Of a stretch of 64,000 nucleotides of DNA, positions 31,582 through 42,585 are shown in pieces. The position numbers and the translations under genes are program-made. Below the pieces are notes generated by a model. It had not been told where the DNA came from. It saw nothing but the letters and a program-made list of their open reading frames with translations, and ran no database searches. Within the stretch, counting starts at the first letter, position 1. Each line of letters starts with the position of its first letter. Origin of the DNA: Calditrichia bacterium (GTDB lineage: Bacteria > Calditrichota > Calditrichia > JAJRVZ01); NCBI GenBank assembly GCA_963777955.1, contig CAVZSQ010000015.1:64001-128000 (forward strand), written 5' to 3'.

Positions 31582-33423
31582 ATTACGGCGCAGGGCAAAA
31601 TAAAGGTATTACCGGCAGGTTTAGCCAATAAAATTGCTGCCGGTGAAGTTGTGGAACGTCCGGCTTCGGTGGTCAAGGAACTTGTCGAAAATGCCATCGA
31701 TGCCGAGGCCCGGAAAATCACGATCGTGCTGCAGCAAAGCGGTAAACAATTAATCCAGGTGATTGATGACGGCAGCGGTATGTCGGCCGCCGACCTGGAA
31801 ATGGCCTTTGAGCGGCATGCGACCAGTAAAATAGCGACAGATCAGGATCTGGAGAAAATCGAGACACTGGGCTTCCGGGGTGAAGCCCTGCCCAGCATCG
31901 CCTCGGTCTCCCGGATCAGTGTCAGCAGCCGCAGCGAAGAGGAACAAACCGGAACCCTGCTTGAACTGGAAGCCGGTAAAATCACCTCTAAATCACGCAA
32001 AGCAATGTCCAGAGGCACCCAGATCAGCATCAGGAATCTTTTTTATAATACACCGGCCCGGCGGAATTTCTTGCGGGCCGACAGCACCGAACTGCAGCAA
32101 ATCCTGACCACTTTGAAACGATTCATGCTGGCCTATCCGCATATCGAGTACGAGGTTTTTAACGGGGATAACCTGTTATTTAAAGTGGCCAGCGGTAATA
32201 TCGAAGAGCGTTTGATCGATCTCTTTGGTGCCGAAGTGTTCCGCGGCCTGGTACTGGTGCATGAGACACTGGGCGGAATTGAATTATCCGGATTTATCTC
32301 CAGACCCGATCTCGTTCGCAAAACACGGGGAAACCAGTTTCTGTTTCTGAATGGCCGCCCGATCCAGGATAAATCATTAAATCATGCCATTTACCAGAGT
32401 TATGGAAATCTGATTGCCACCGGTGATTATCCAGCGTATATTTTTTTTCTGGAAATGGATCCGCGCCTGGTGGATGTGAACGTTCACCCCACCAAGATGG
32501 AAGTCCGTTTTGCCAATGACCGCAGTCTTTACTTCTTCTTACTGTCTTCGATCCGCAAAGTATTCACCGAGGAAAAAATAATTCCTAAAATTGAAAGCGG
32601 GACGACTGCAATTACTGGAGCGGGTGGCGATCAGGTGGTGGAACGAATCGATATTGCCCAGGAATTTAAAAATCGCCGCAAATTCCTTTCCCGTGATCTG
32701 GAACAGCAACTGAGCCTGGTTTATTTTAAACCAAGGGAAAATCCGGCAGCGACTGCAGATCCAATAACTTCTGCGGCACAGGATTTAGCCCTGGGCGTGA
32801 CCCGCGTGGATGTCCTATTCTGGCAGATCCATAATCGCTATATTGTTTCAGAAATAAAAAGCGGTATTGTAATTATCGATCAGCATGTGGCCCATGAACG
32901 CATACTTTTTGAAAAAATGCTCAGAGTTTTACATGGTACTGAACAGTCGGTAGGGCAGCAATTGCTGTTTCCGCAGACCCTGACCCTGGCTGTGGATGAT
33001 TTTCTGATTTTAGAAGATTTTTTATCCGGACTGGAAAAAATCGGATTCAGTATCCGGATTTTCAGCGGTCGCAGCATTGTCATCGATGCGATCCCGCTGG
33101 ATGTGAAAATAGGACGTGAAGCACAAATCCTGCTTGACATTGTCGATTATTATAAGGAGAATCCGGGTAAAACGATCGATCGCATGGAAAAATTAGCAGC
33201 TGGTTTCGCCTGTAAAAATGCGATCAAATCCGGTGAGTCACTGTCCCAGGCAGAAATGCATGCGATGGTCGATCAGTTATTTGCCTGCCAGGAACCTTAT
33301 TTCTGCCCGCATGGCCGTCCGGTGATCATCACCATGGATCTGGATGAGTTTGACCGGAAATTTAAACGGATAGTTATAGATGAAGATCGCACTATTTTTG
33401 GTTGGTCCGACAGCCATCGGTAA
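31582..33423 (+). CDS. mutL: DNA mismatch repair endonuclease MutL (start uncertain: ATT 31582 or TTG 31549)
   Basis: IAAGEVVERPASVVKELVENAIDA, GFRGEAL, DVNVHPTK, DQHVAHER, CPHGRP. Confidence 0.95.
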   Translation: MTAQGKIKVLPAGLANKIAAGEVVERPASVVKELVENAIDAEARKITIVLQQSGKQLIQVIDDGSGMSAADLEMAFERHATSKIATDQDLEKIETLGFRGEALPSIASVSRISVSSRSEEEQTGTLLELEAGKITSKSRKAMSRGTQISIRNLFYNTPARRNFLRADSTELQQILTTLKRFMLAYPHIEYEVFNGDNLLFKVASGNIEERLIDLFGAEVFRGLVLVHETLGGIELSGFISRPDLVRKTRGNQFLFLNGRPIQDKSLNHAIYQSYGNLIATGDYPAYIFFLEMDPRLVDVNVHPTKMEVRFANDRSLYFFLLSSIRKVFTEEKIIPKIESGTTAITGAGGDQVVERIDIAQEFKNRRKFLSRDLEQQLSLVYFKPRENPAATADPITSAAQDLALGVTRVDVLFWQIHNRYIVSEIKSGIVIIDQHVAHERILFEKMLRVLHGTEQSVGQQLLFPQTLTLAVDDFLILEDFLSGLEKIGFSIRIFSGRSIVIDAIPLDVKIGREAQILLDIVDYYKENPGKTIDRMEKLAAGFACKNAIKSGESLSQAEMHAMVDQLFACQEPYFCPHGRPVIITMDLDEFDRKFKRIVIDEDRTIFGWSDSHR

Positions 33424-34322
33424 AACCGACCTGTCAATAGACATTGCCCGGCGTTTACCGGTGGAGATTGTTTCGGCCGATGCCCGCCAGGTCTATCGCC
33501 TGCTGGATATCGGTACGGCCAAACCTACCAAGGGTATGCTGGACTCCGTTCCCCATCATCTGATCAATTTCCTCAGACCGGAGGAATATTTCAGCGCCGG
33601 ATCCTACGCCAAAATAGCCAGAATAATTATTGAACAGATTTTTCAGCGGCAGAAAACGCCTTTAATCGTGGGAGGTTCTGGTCTGTACATCAAATCATTG
33701 ATTGATGGTATCATGGATCTGGAAATTCGCGATGAAAAAATCCGCAGTTCATTGCGCCAGCGGTTACTCAGGGAGGGTATAGCCGGCCTGTATGCCGACC
33801 TGCAGGAAAAGGATCCCCAGCTGGCTGCCCGCCTGAAACCAAACGATAAGCAGCGTATTATTCGCGGCCTGGAAGTGGTTCTCAGCACAGGTAAGAAATT
33901 GTCCGATCTGCTGGAAGCGCCAACCGCTGTGGCAGATTTTACTCCACTGATCTTTGGCCTGACCGCCGATAAAGCCTGGTTGTATGAACGCATCAATATT
34001 CGTGTCGAAGCGATGTTTGAACGGGGATTCTTATCTGAGGTGGCCAATTTGAAACTGCGCGGCTACTCGCCAAGCCTGAATTCTCTAAATACGGTAGGAT
34101 ATAAGGAAGTTTATGAATACCTGGATAACCGGACTAAATTATGACCAGATGCTGGAATTAATTAAAGCAAATACCCGCCATTATGCCAAACGCCAACTGA
34201 CCTGGTTCCGCCAGGATCAGCGCATTATCTGGATCGAGATCAATCAGCACAGTGACAGGCAAAAAATCGCCGAGGATATTGTACAACGGTATAAAAAATC
34301 ACTGGCAGGAATGAAAAACTAA
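33380..34322 (+). CDS. miaA: tRNA dimethylallyltransferase; apparent frameshift near 34130
   Basis: GPTAIGKT, DIGTAKP, VGGSGLY, VGYKE; TRHYAKRQLTWFR in ORF 34113-34322. Confidence 0.93.
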
Positions 34323-34446
34323 AAGTTACTTTAAATTATATATATTTAAACTATTACATTAGATATTTCTTCTGAATTGATGATTCTGACTATGATTTGA
34401 CGCATTTTATTTTCAATTTTTGCTAATTATAATTAAAAGGGATGTA

Positions 34447-36296
34447 ATGATGAAACGGATACATTTGTTTATTCTAATATTTTTTTACAGCGGGGTTTGG
34501 TTAAGTCTCATACAAGCGCAACATCTCAGCATTAAAAATGTAGAGCCCCCCAACTGGTGGATCGGCATGGAACAGGATTCGCTGCAGGTAATGTTGTCTG
34601 GTTCCCATTTAACAGGAATAAAGGTCGAATGCAATCAGGCCGGCATCCGGATATTGAAAATAAAAAGTGATTTCAACGATAATTATGCCATCATAGATCT
34701 GAAACTGGATCAGAATCTTGCAGCAGGTGAATACGATTTAATATGCTCAAATAAATATGGCCGGGTCAGCGTAAAATATCCTTTGAAAGAACGGTCGAAC
34801 ACTGCCGGGCGTTACCAGGGCTTTGACAGCCGGGACGTAATTTATTTAATTACACCCGATCGCTTTGTAAATGGCGATACAACCAATGATTACCACCCGG
34901 ATATGCACGATAAATTTGAAAGATCCAGTCCGCTCGGCCGCCATGGCGGTGATATTCAGGGTATAATCGATAAACTGGATTATTTGCAGGACCTGGGCGT
35001 AACTGCCTTATGGATCAATCCGCTGCTGGAAAATAATATGAACATATCTTATCACGGTTACGCTGCTACCGATCTGTACAAAATCGATCCGCGTTTTGGC
35101 AGTAATGATCTGTATTTCAAACTTGTGGCCGAAGCTCATAAACATAACTTAAAAATAATCATGGATCACGTTTCGAACCATGTCGGGATTGAGCATCCCT
35201 GGTTAAAAAATTTACCCATGCCGGACTGGATAAACGGCAGTATTGCCGGCCATCAAAGGAATCACCACGGGAAAGATATCCTGCAGGATATTCATGGTGA
35301 CTCGGTCCTGGCCAGCAACACCCTTACCGGCTGGTTTGTTTCAGAAATGCCCGACCTGAATCAAAAAAATGAATTTGTGGCCAGGTATTTAATTCAAAAT
35401 ACTCTGTGGTGGATTGAATCGAGCGGTCTGGACGGAATTCGGGAAGATACCTATCCTTATGTCGATCAGGAGTATTCAGCCCGCTGGGCTAAAAAAGTTT
35501 TGACACAATATCCTGACTTTAATATTGTCGGTGAAGTATGGATTCAGGATCCGGTTTTTGTCGCTCCGTATCAGCAGGGCAGCGTACTGGCCCGGCAGCA
35601 TAATACTTATCTGCCCTGTGTAACTGATTTCGGCCTGTTTAATGCTTTCGGCGATCTTTTTTACCGGCAACGGGGGATTTCAAGTATTTACCATTGTATC
35701 ACCCATGATTTTCTTTATGCAGATCACGGCCAACTCCTTACCTTTATTGACAACCATGATGTTCTGCGTGTGATGGATCTGGTACAGGGGGATATACGCC
35801 GGTTCAAAATGGCTCTGCAAATATTGTTCACGCTGCGGGGTATTCCCCAGATTTATTACGGCACTGAAATCGGATTGCGCGGAGGAACTGATCACGGACT
35901 GATCCGCGCTGACTTTCCCGGGGGGTTTTACCAACAGTTCAAGAAATGCCTTCGGCCGGGAGGGTCGGAACGATCTGGAGAACGAGTTATTTGACTTTCA
36001 CCAAAAATTTATTAAAATTACGCCGCAGCTTTCCTGCCCTGAGCCAGGGTGAAATGATTCATCTGCCGGCCTTTAATGAGTTTTATATCTATTTCCGGAT
36101 TCTGAATGATGAGAAAATAATGATCGTGGTCAATAATCTGGACCAGCCGAGGAGTATCGATACCGGACTGTTTGAGCATCATTTTAAAAATACGAAATAC
36201 CTGCTGAATATTGAAAACGATTCGTTGATTACATACAGCAGTGGTATGGATCTGCCGCTGGATGGTTTAGATGTTCAGATGTATCAATTAAAATAA
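34447..36296 (+). CDS. Secreted GH13 cyclomaltodextrinase/neopullulanase (SusA-like); apparent frameshift near 35930
   Basis: VEPPNWW, YLITPDRF, GGDIQG, SYHGY, DHVSNH, GIREDT, VGEVW, FIDNHD, GIPQIYYGTE. Confidence 0.9.
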
Positions 36297-37952
36297 TCAG
36301 TTCTTTTTCTTGCCGAACTCCGGATCGATTTGGACAAACTTCAGTACGGCGAAGGAAGGAATAGTAGCAAGCTATGATATAGACGAAAAAGTGCTGGTAA
36401 CCAAGGATTGTCTGAATGTACCCGCTGATCAATCCCGGAATCATCATGCCCAGGGCCATGAAAGCCGTGGAAATGGCATAATGGGAAGTCTTGAATTCTC
36501 CCTCTGAAATATAGATCATGAACAGCATATAAGCCGTAAATCCAAAACCGTAACCAAGTTGTTCTATAGCGACACAGGTGCAGATCACGGAAAAATTCTC
36601 GGGTTGTACATAGGCCAGATAGACATAGACCAGATCCGGCAGATTTATGGACAAAGCCATCGGCCATAGCCAGGCTTTCAGTCCGTGCCGTGAGGCCAGG
36701 AATCCGCCGCTCAAACCGCCGATAATCAGTGCGATCACTCCGATAGTACCATAGACCAGACCAACCTGGGAGGTGCTCAAAGCCAGACCTCCGGCTTCCT
36801 GAGCATCCAGCAGAAACGGAGAAGCAAGTTTTACCAGTTGTGATTCAGCAAAGCGGTACAGTAACAGAAAGGCAATCATACCTCCTATGCCGGGTTTGTT
36901 GAAATAGGTTCGGAAGACATGCAGATTGGCAGCCAGGAAGTTCCTGGTATCCCTGGCCGCATCGCTGACAGGATAGGGTAATAAAAACCGATGATACAGA
37001 GCCAGAGGCTAAAAAGATAATCCCCAGTACCCAGAAGGCCACCTGCCAGCTGAAAAATTGTATTGCCTGCAATGGCTGCAAACACCGTCTGGCCAGGTTC
37101 AGTTAATTTCTGATCGACTTTGATAACCAGTTTAACAGGTTTATTCCAGTTATCCTGATCAAATTCGAGTTCTACTTCAGACGGTATGTATATATTTTTA
37201 TTTCCGCTCTGGCGACCGAAACGAACGATAATCTTTTGCCCCTCCTGCGGCGGGGCAGAGAGAGTGATATTTACCAAAACAGAGTCAGGTGTGGAAATTC
37301 CTGGCTGAGGAAGGGGGATTTCCAATTGATCTGGAAAAACCACAATCTCAGGTTTACCCCCTGCCGCGACATTATTCATTTTTTCTTCGGCAGCCAAAGG
37401 TTTCCATTGATCATAAGGAACTGCAGTTACCCGTACCTGTACCGGTTCCAGGCCGGTTTTTGATTCAACGTATCCGGCCAGCATGACAATCAATCCCGAG
37501 GCGGTAATCATGGCCAGACGGTAGAAAGTGCTGCGGATTCCCACAAACCAGGTCTGCTGGTGAGCATTCAGACCCAGCATATAAAAGCCATCGGCCGCGA
37601 TGTCGTGGGTGGCAGAAGAGATAGCCACGATCCATAATAAACTTAGACTGATTGTAAAGTACCAGGGCAGTGCAAGCATGAATCCAATAGTGATAAAGGT
37701 ACAGGCCAGGATTAATTGCATCCAGAGCACCCAGTTCCGTTTGGTGGAATAAATATCAACCAGCGGGCTCCATAAAGGCTTGATGGTCCAGGGGAGATAT
37801 AGAATACTGGTCCAGAATGCGATTGCAGTGTTTGAGATACCCAATCTCTGGTACATCACAACCGAAACTGTCATGGCAATTATAATTGGAATCCCTTCGG
37901 CATAATAGAGTGAAGGTACCCACCACCAGCCGTTACGCTTTTCGGTTCTCAT
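36297..37952 (-). CDS. ampG: AmpG-like MFS muropeptide permease with an inserted extracytoplasmic domain; several apparent frameshifts
   Basis: WVPSLYYAEG, LPWTIKPLWSP, SATHDIAADGFY, RSTFYR; LLYRFAESQ, EQLGYGFG, KTSHYAI. Confidence 0.8.
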
Positions 37953-38016
37953 GACATCCCCTGTTTATTATCCCGCTAAGAGCGAATCACTGTCTATGTA
38001 CATCCGATCAGGATTG

Positions 38017-39352
38017 TTATTTATAAATCGTGGTTAAGTGACTGCCGGGGTAATAGTGCTTTACAATTTCTTTGGTCTGATATCCCCGTAAAGCCATTCC
38101 CAGGGCTCCGATCTGGCAGAGTCCCACTCCATGCCCCCAGCCGGCACCATGGATGGTGAATTGGACCGGAATATTATCTTTGCCTTTCTTCGAACTGAAA
38201 TAGATACAGGAACTGTACAGGAATCCCTGCTGCAGCGCTCTGCGGATCTGGACGTCCCGCTGAACAATAGTTGTGCACACTTTTCCCGCGGCATCAATGT
38301 ATTTCACCTGCAGGCGGACAATCCGTCCTGAACCACCCCGTTCCAGGGGAACGAAATCGAGTATAGATTTTGCTTTTAGATTTAATTTTGCATTTAACAG
38401 ACTGCATATTTCCTGTTGAGAATAAACTACCTGCCAGCGGAAATATTTTCCTTCTTCATCCACATTACCCAGATATTTTTTGAGTTCTTTTTCCGGGATG
38501 GTCGAAGAGCTGCAGAATGAAAGGGGAGTCTGGTTGATCCAATCGATCACCCTCTGTTCGGAATCCAGCTCGTTTATCGCTCCGGCAACAGCGGGATCGG
38601 TATCCGGTCTGACCTGCAGATAATCATGATCCTGGCCGCCCCAGATGGCCGAAAATCTCTCGGATATTCCGCCGCAACTTTTGGAATAGCGGGCATCGCA
38701 GATACGATCCTGAAAAAGCAGAACCTGTCCGCGGGTGTTTTCCGCCGCCTGGATTGATGGAGTAGTAAGGTTTCCGGTGCCCTGGTAACGCTGGCAGCAA
38801 TCATCATTGCAGACATCGAATCCGTAGCGTCGCAGATGTTTTTGCTCCACGTTGGCCAGCATCCAGGAGCGGGCGGCGATAGTCTGGGCTTCCAGGAAGG
38901 CAGCCGGACAGCGGGCGCTCATCTCGGCAGTGGCGACGCAGATCAGGTATTGCTCCAGCGGCAGTTCATTGATCAGCAGCAGATGTCCGTCCTGCACGCT
39001 GACTTCCAGATTTCCCGGCAGATAAACATCGATAAATTTTTGCCAGTGAAATCCGCGACCGGCCGGAACGCCGGATACTTTTATACCACCGGCTGGTTTT
39101 ACCGGAGAGGCCTGGGCAGCAGAAATCACCCAGGTCGAATCGATGCCCACGCCCGCGCAATTAACTTTTTCCTCCTCCTGTTGAAAGATAAATGGACCTT
39201 TTTTTAAAGATTTTATTAATTGATGCAGAACGGAGAGTATAGTTTCCATCTGCCGGGATTTCCAATTTTATCCGGTCGATTTTATCTTCGGGTAAGATGA
39301 TGCCCACGCGGATATTCGGTTCGATTTTGGGAATTATATCAGTTTGCAGCAT
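38017..39352 (-). CDS. SpoIID/LytB-domain lytic transglycosylase-like protein; apparent frameshifts near the 5' end
   Basis: INELPLEQYL, AEM, AQTIAARS, DVCNDDCCQRYQG, YSKSCGG, GAGWGHGVGLCQIGA, HYYPG; N-terminal IRVGI in ORF 39161-39352. Confidence 0.88.
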
Positions 39353-39385
39353 TATTATTTCCTCTGAAGAGGGCGCTCCTCAAAA

Positions 39386-39665
39386 TGTCATTCTGACGAG
39401 TCTCGATTTTATCGGGACGAGGAAGAATCTTAATTTTAATTTAAAAAATTATCCGTTCGTCCGTCGTTCAGTTCCGACCTAATCTGCCAATGACGCCTTC
39501 GGCGACCTACTCCCGCTTTCGCGGGGGCAATCTTTAATTATCTGGCCAAAACTTGTCCCCGTCCCGTTTTTCAACGGGATAAACTCCGGTTGGGAACAGG
39601 TCGAAGATCTGCGACGAATTTAAACTCGCCCCACGATTTCATCGGGACTCAAACATAAATTCGCG
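39386..39665. repeat. Intergenic cluster of short palindromic repeats
   Basis: TGTCATTCTGACGAG...GGAAGAATCT plus GTCTCGATTTTATCGGGAC, GTCCCGTTTTTCAACGGGAT, CACGATTTCATCGGGAC, TCCCGCTTTCGCGGGG. Confidence 0.6.
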
Positions 39666-39677
39666 AAAAAAACATCA

Positions 39678-40916
39678 TTAATTATAGCCCCCTGTTTCAC
39701 CATAGTGATTGTTCAAAAAAGCATCAATTCCAGCTCCCAGCGCAGGAGCTTCACGTAAACTGGAACAAACAATTAATTTTGATCGCAATCGTTTACCGCT
39801 CAGATAGTGTTCTTTGATCTTTTTGGGTAATGCGGTTGAATCCATGAATCAGTTCAGCTAGATTCCTGATCAGGGGATTCCATAATATCTTTTTACCTGC
39901 TCGGACTTTTCATCAACTCACCCAACCTCTGACCGATTACAATCCTGTCGAAAACTTCTCCGCGAAAAGGATGATCCGCTGTCAACGGTGCGCGGGCAGG
40001 ATTGACAAACTCAAGCAGTGCTTGCCAACCTGAATACAGGGTGGTGATCCTCTCCACTAAAAGCAAACTCAGATATTTAACCACCTGCTGGTAGGCTAAG
40101 ACGGCCGCCGGATCACCTTTTACTGCCCGCCGGGCGATCTGCAAAGGAAATATTTTTTTCCGGTTTAATTCATCAACGGACAAGCCTGCTAATTGACTAT
40201 AGATAAATTGCATTCCGGAAGCTGAAGCATATCTTTCCATGGCCAGGCCCAAATCGTTTTTCATTTCCCAGGTCTTAATCAGCCAGTTTTTTGTCTGATC
40301 AAAAGGGACCAATTGCCTGTGCATTAATAAAGCATCGGCTGCACCGGTACCGCCACCAAGATAATACGCATTGTCGGTCTTCTGGAACAGACCGTCTCTG
40401 GCGTACAATTCGCCGATCCCGCAGTAATCTGCATCGCTGCCCAGGTGACTTACAGGTGCGAGGAATTGAATACCGGCCTGTTTAACTTTTGCTTCAACCT
40501 GCGCGGCATAATCAGGAATTCGCGGACCATTGGCCATAACGTTTATTCCCCGGCGATCTGCGGTTTTAAGTCCCGGCATGCCGATCCCCACCAGGACAGA
40601 TGTGCCTTCACCTTTTTGGGCTAAATCAATGACCACGCGGGCGCAGGCCTCGATAAAAACCGAACCCTGTTGAGTTTCTTGTTCGCTTAAAACAATTGTA
40701 TTCTGCTCCGCTTGCTGCAATTGGACCATGACCGGAAAGGGCTTAAAATCGCTGATGAAACCGGGTACAGCATCCATAACTCAATTCGGAATGGGCAGAA
40801 GTGAGAGTAAAATTATTTTCTTTTTCAGCATGGCGGACTATCCAGCCGCTTACTTTAGTGGCACCGCCATCAATTCCGATTAAAGTATATTTTTGGTCCG
40901 GGTGTTGTTTTTTCAT
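39678..40916 (-). CDS. ASKHA-superfamily (ROK/BadF-like) sugar kinase; apparent frameshifts
   Basis: IGIDGGATK from ATG 40916; VGIGMPG, GSDADYCGIGE, YLGGGTG, ERYASASG, IVIG; C-terminal REAPALGAG ending TAA 39678. Confidence 0.7.
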
Positions 40917-40972
40917 TTTAAGAATAAATGAATAAATGTTAATTCCATATTCTATAATGCGGCATAAAAAAT

Positions 40973-42567
40973 TTATTTTCTTCTTTTATTTAATTTAATT
41001 CTCCGCTCGATGGCCTGATAACGCATCTGATCCTTGGCTTCATCATTCCGGTCAATCGTTTGCTGGTCTATGCTGTGATCCGTACCCCCTTTATGTCGTA
41101 CCACATCATATACCGGTTCCCAGATGCGTCCAACTTTGTACTTTTCGCTTATTTTGAGCACCATATCGTAATCTTCGCCGTAATTCCGGGCATATGGTTC
41201 GTCATTGACGGCGAAGTACCCCAGTCTCTTTAATAATGTTGATCGGTATTGAGCGTGGTGCTCCGGCGCCGTTGATACGCAGCAAATTATTGCGGCCGTT
41301 TTTTTCAGTCCATTCATCATGAGTAACTACCGGAATACCCTCCACCCGTTCGGTAATACCCGTTGCGTCATTCAATTGCCAGACTTCATAGGAACCGATA
41401 ACAATACCTATCGCCGGATCACTCTTAAAAACTTCCAATATTTTTTCCACCCCCTGCGGTTTTAAGCGGTCATCGGAATCAAGTTGTACATAGATCTCTC
41501 CACGCGCTGCCTCAATACCGCAATTCAGAGATAATCCGATATTGTTGATATCGAGAACAATTAAGCGCACCTCCGGCCGGCCGGAGATATATTTAATTCC
41601 GCCTGCCATGTAGGCTTTAACGGCATTGATAGTGGGATCCTGCTGCCCGCCATTGACCACCACGATCACTTCCAGATCTTTTACGGTTTGATTCAACACA
41701 CTCTCAATGGCCGTACCGATGAACTCCGGCCGGTTATTGACCGGGATAATCACCGAGGTTTTTAAACGAGATTTGGGAACGGTTTTCGGCCGGCGCTGAT
41801 AGAATGAACCAGCTTTTAAATATGCACCAATCCGTTTCAGATGCCGACTGACCACCTGTTCTGCTTCCAGTTGACTCTCTTTCCCGGCCAGCAGATAGTC
41901 AAAAACATTATGTCCTTTTTCAGCGGCAACTACTTTATACAACGATCCGGCATAACGGTTTGATATATGGATTAATTCGGACTTCTCGGATATTTTCAAA
42001 CGCAGATCATATAAGGTATTGAATTTCAAATCCGCATCGGCACCCCTGACTTTTGTCCAAACCGCTTTGGTTATAAAATATACCGCTCCATAGTCCTGAT
42101 TATCCCGCAGTCGTCCTCGATGATGCGTCAGTAAATGTATTTCTTTGGCGGTACTGTTATTTTCGATTTCATAATCGGCATAAATCAAGCCCGCTGCGGG
42201 ATGGCGCTGAGCGGCCAGCAGAAACAGGGCAGTGGCAGTGTTTTTAAGTTGAACTTCGGTCCGCTGGTTATTGATCAGCAGAATATATTCTCCATGGCAA
42301 TGCCTGACTGCCGCATTTAGCCAGGCCCCCATGGTTGAATATTTACCATGAATGCAGCGCAGCGGATTACTTTCCGTATTCAACTTGCTTAATTCAAGGT
42401 GTACAGCTGGATCATTGAGTTGATCCATAATGATGACTTCTACTCCCTGACCATACTGTTGAAAAATGGATTTTATCATTTGATAAAATTTTTCCAGGGG
42501 ATAAGGTGAATCAGAATTCAAAAAAATTAAGGCGCTTACTTTCGGTTCTGGGGAGTTTTACCGGCAT
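40973..42567 (-). CDS. Two-domain family 2 glycosyltransferase; apparent frameshifts near 42545 and 41220
   Basis: SVIIPV..R, AIESVLNQ, VQLDSDD, NNLLRINGAGAPR, NYGEDYD. Confidence 0.85.
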
Positions 42568-42585
42568 ATCTTTCCTCATCATTGA

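Noticed and set aside
33361..33423. 44-nt mutL/miaA overlap
   Set aside because: Likely a short tail or an indel near the stop after FKR; mutL-miaA linkage is common.
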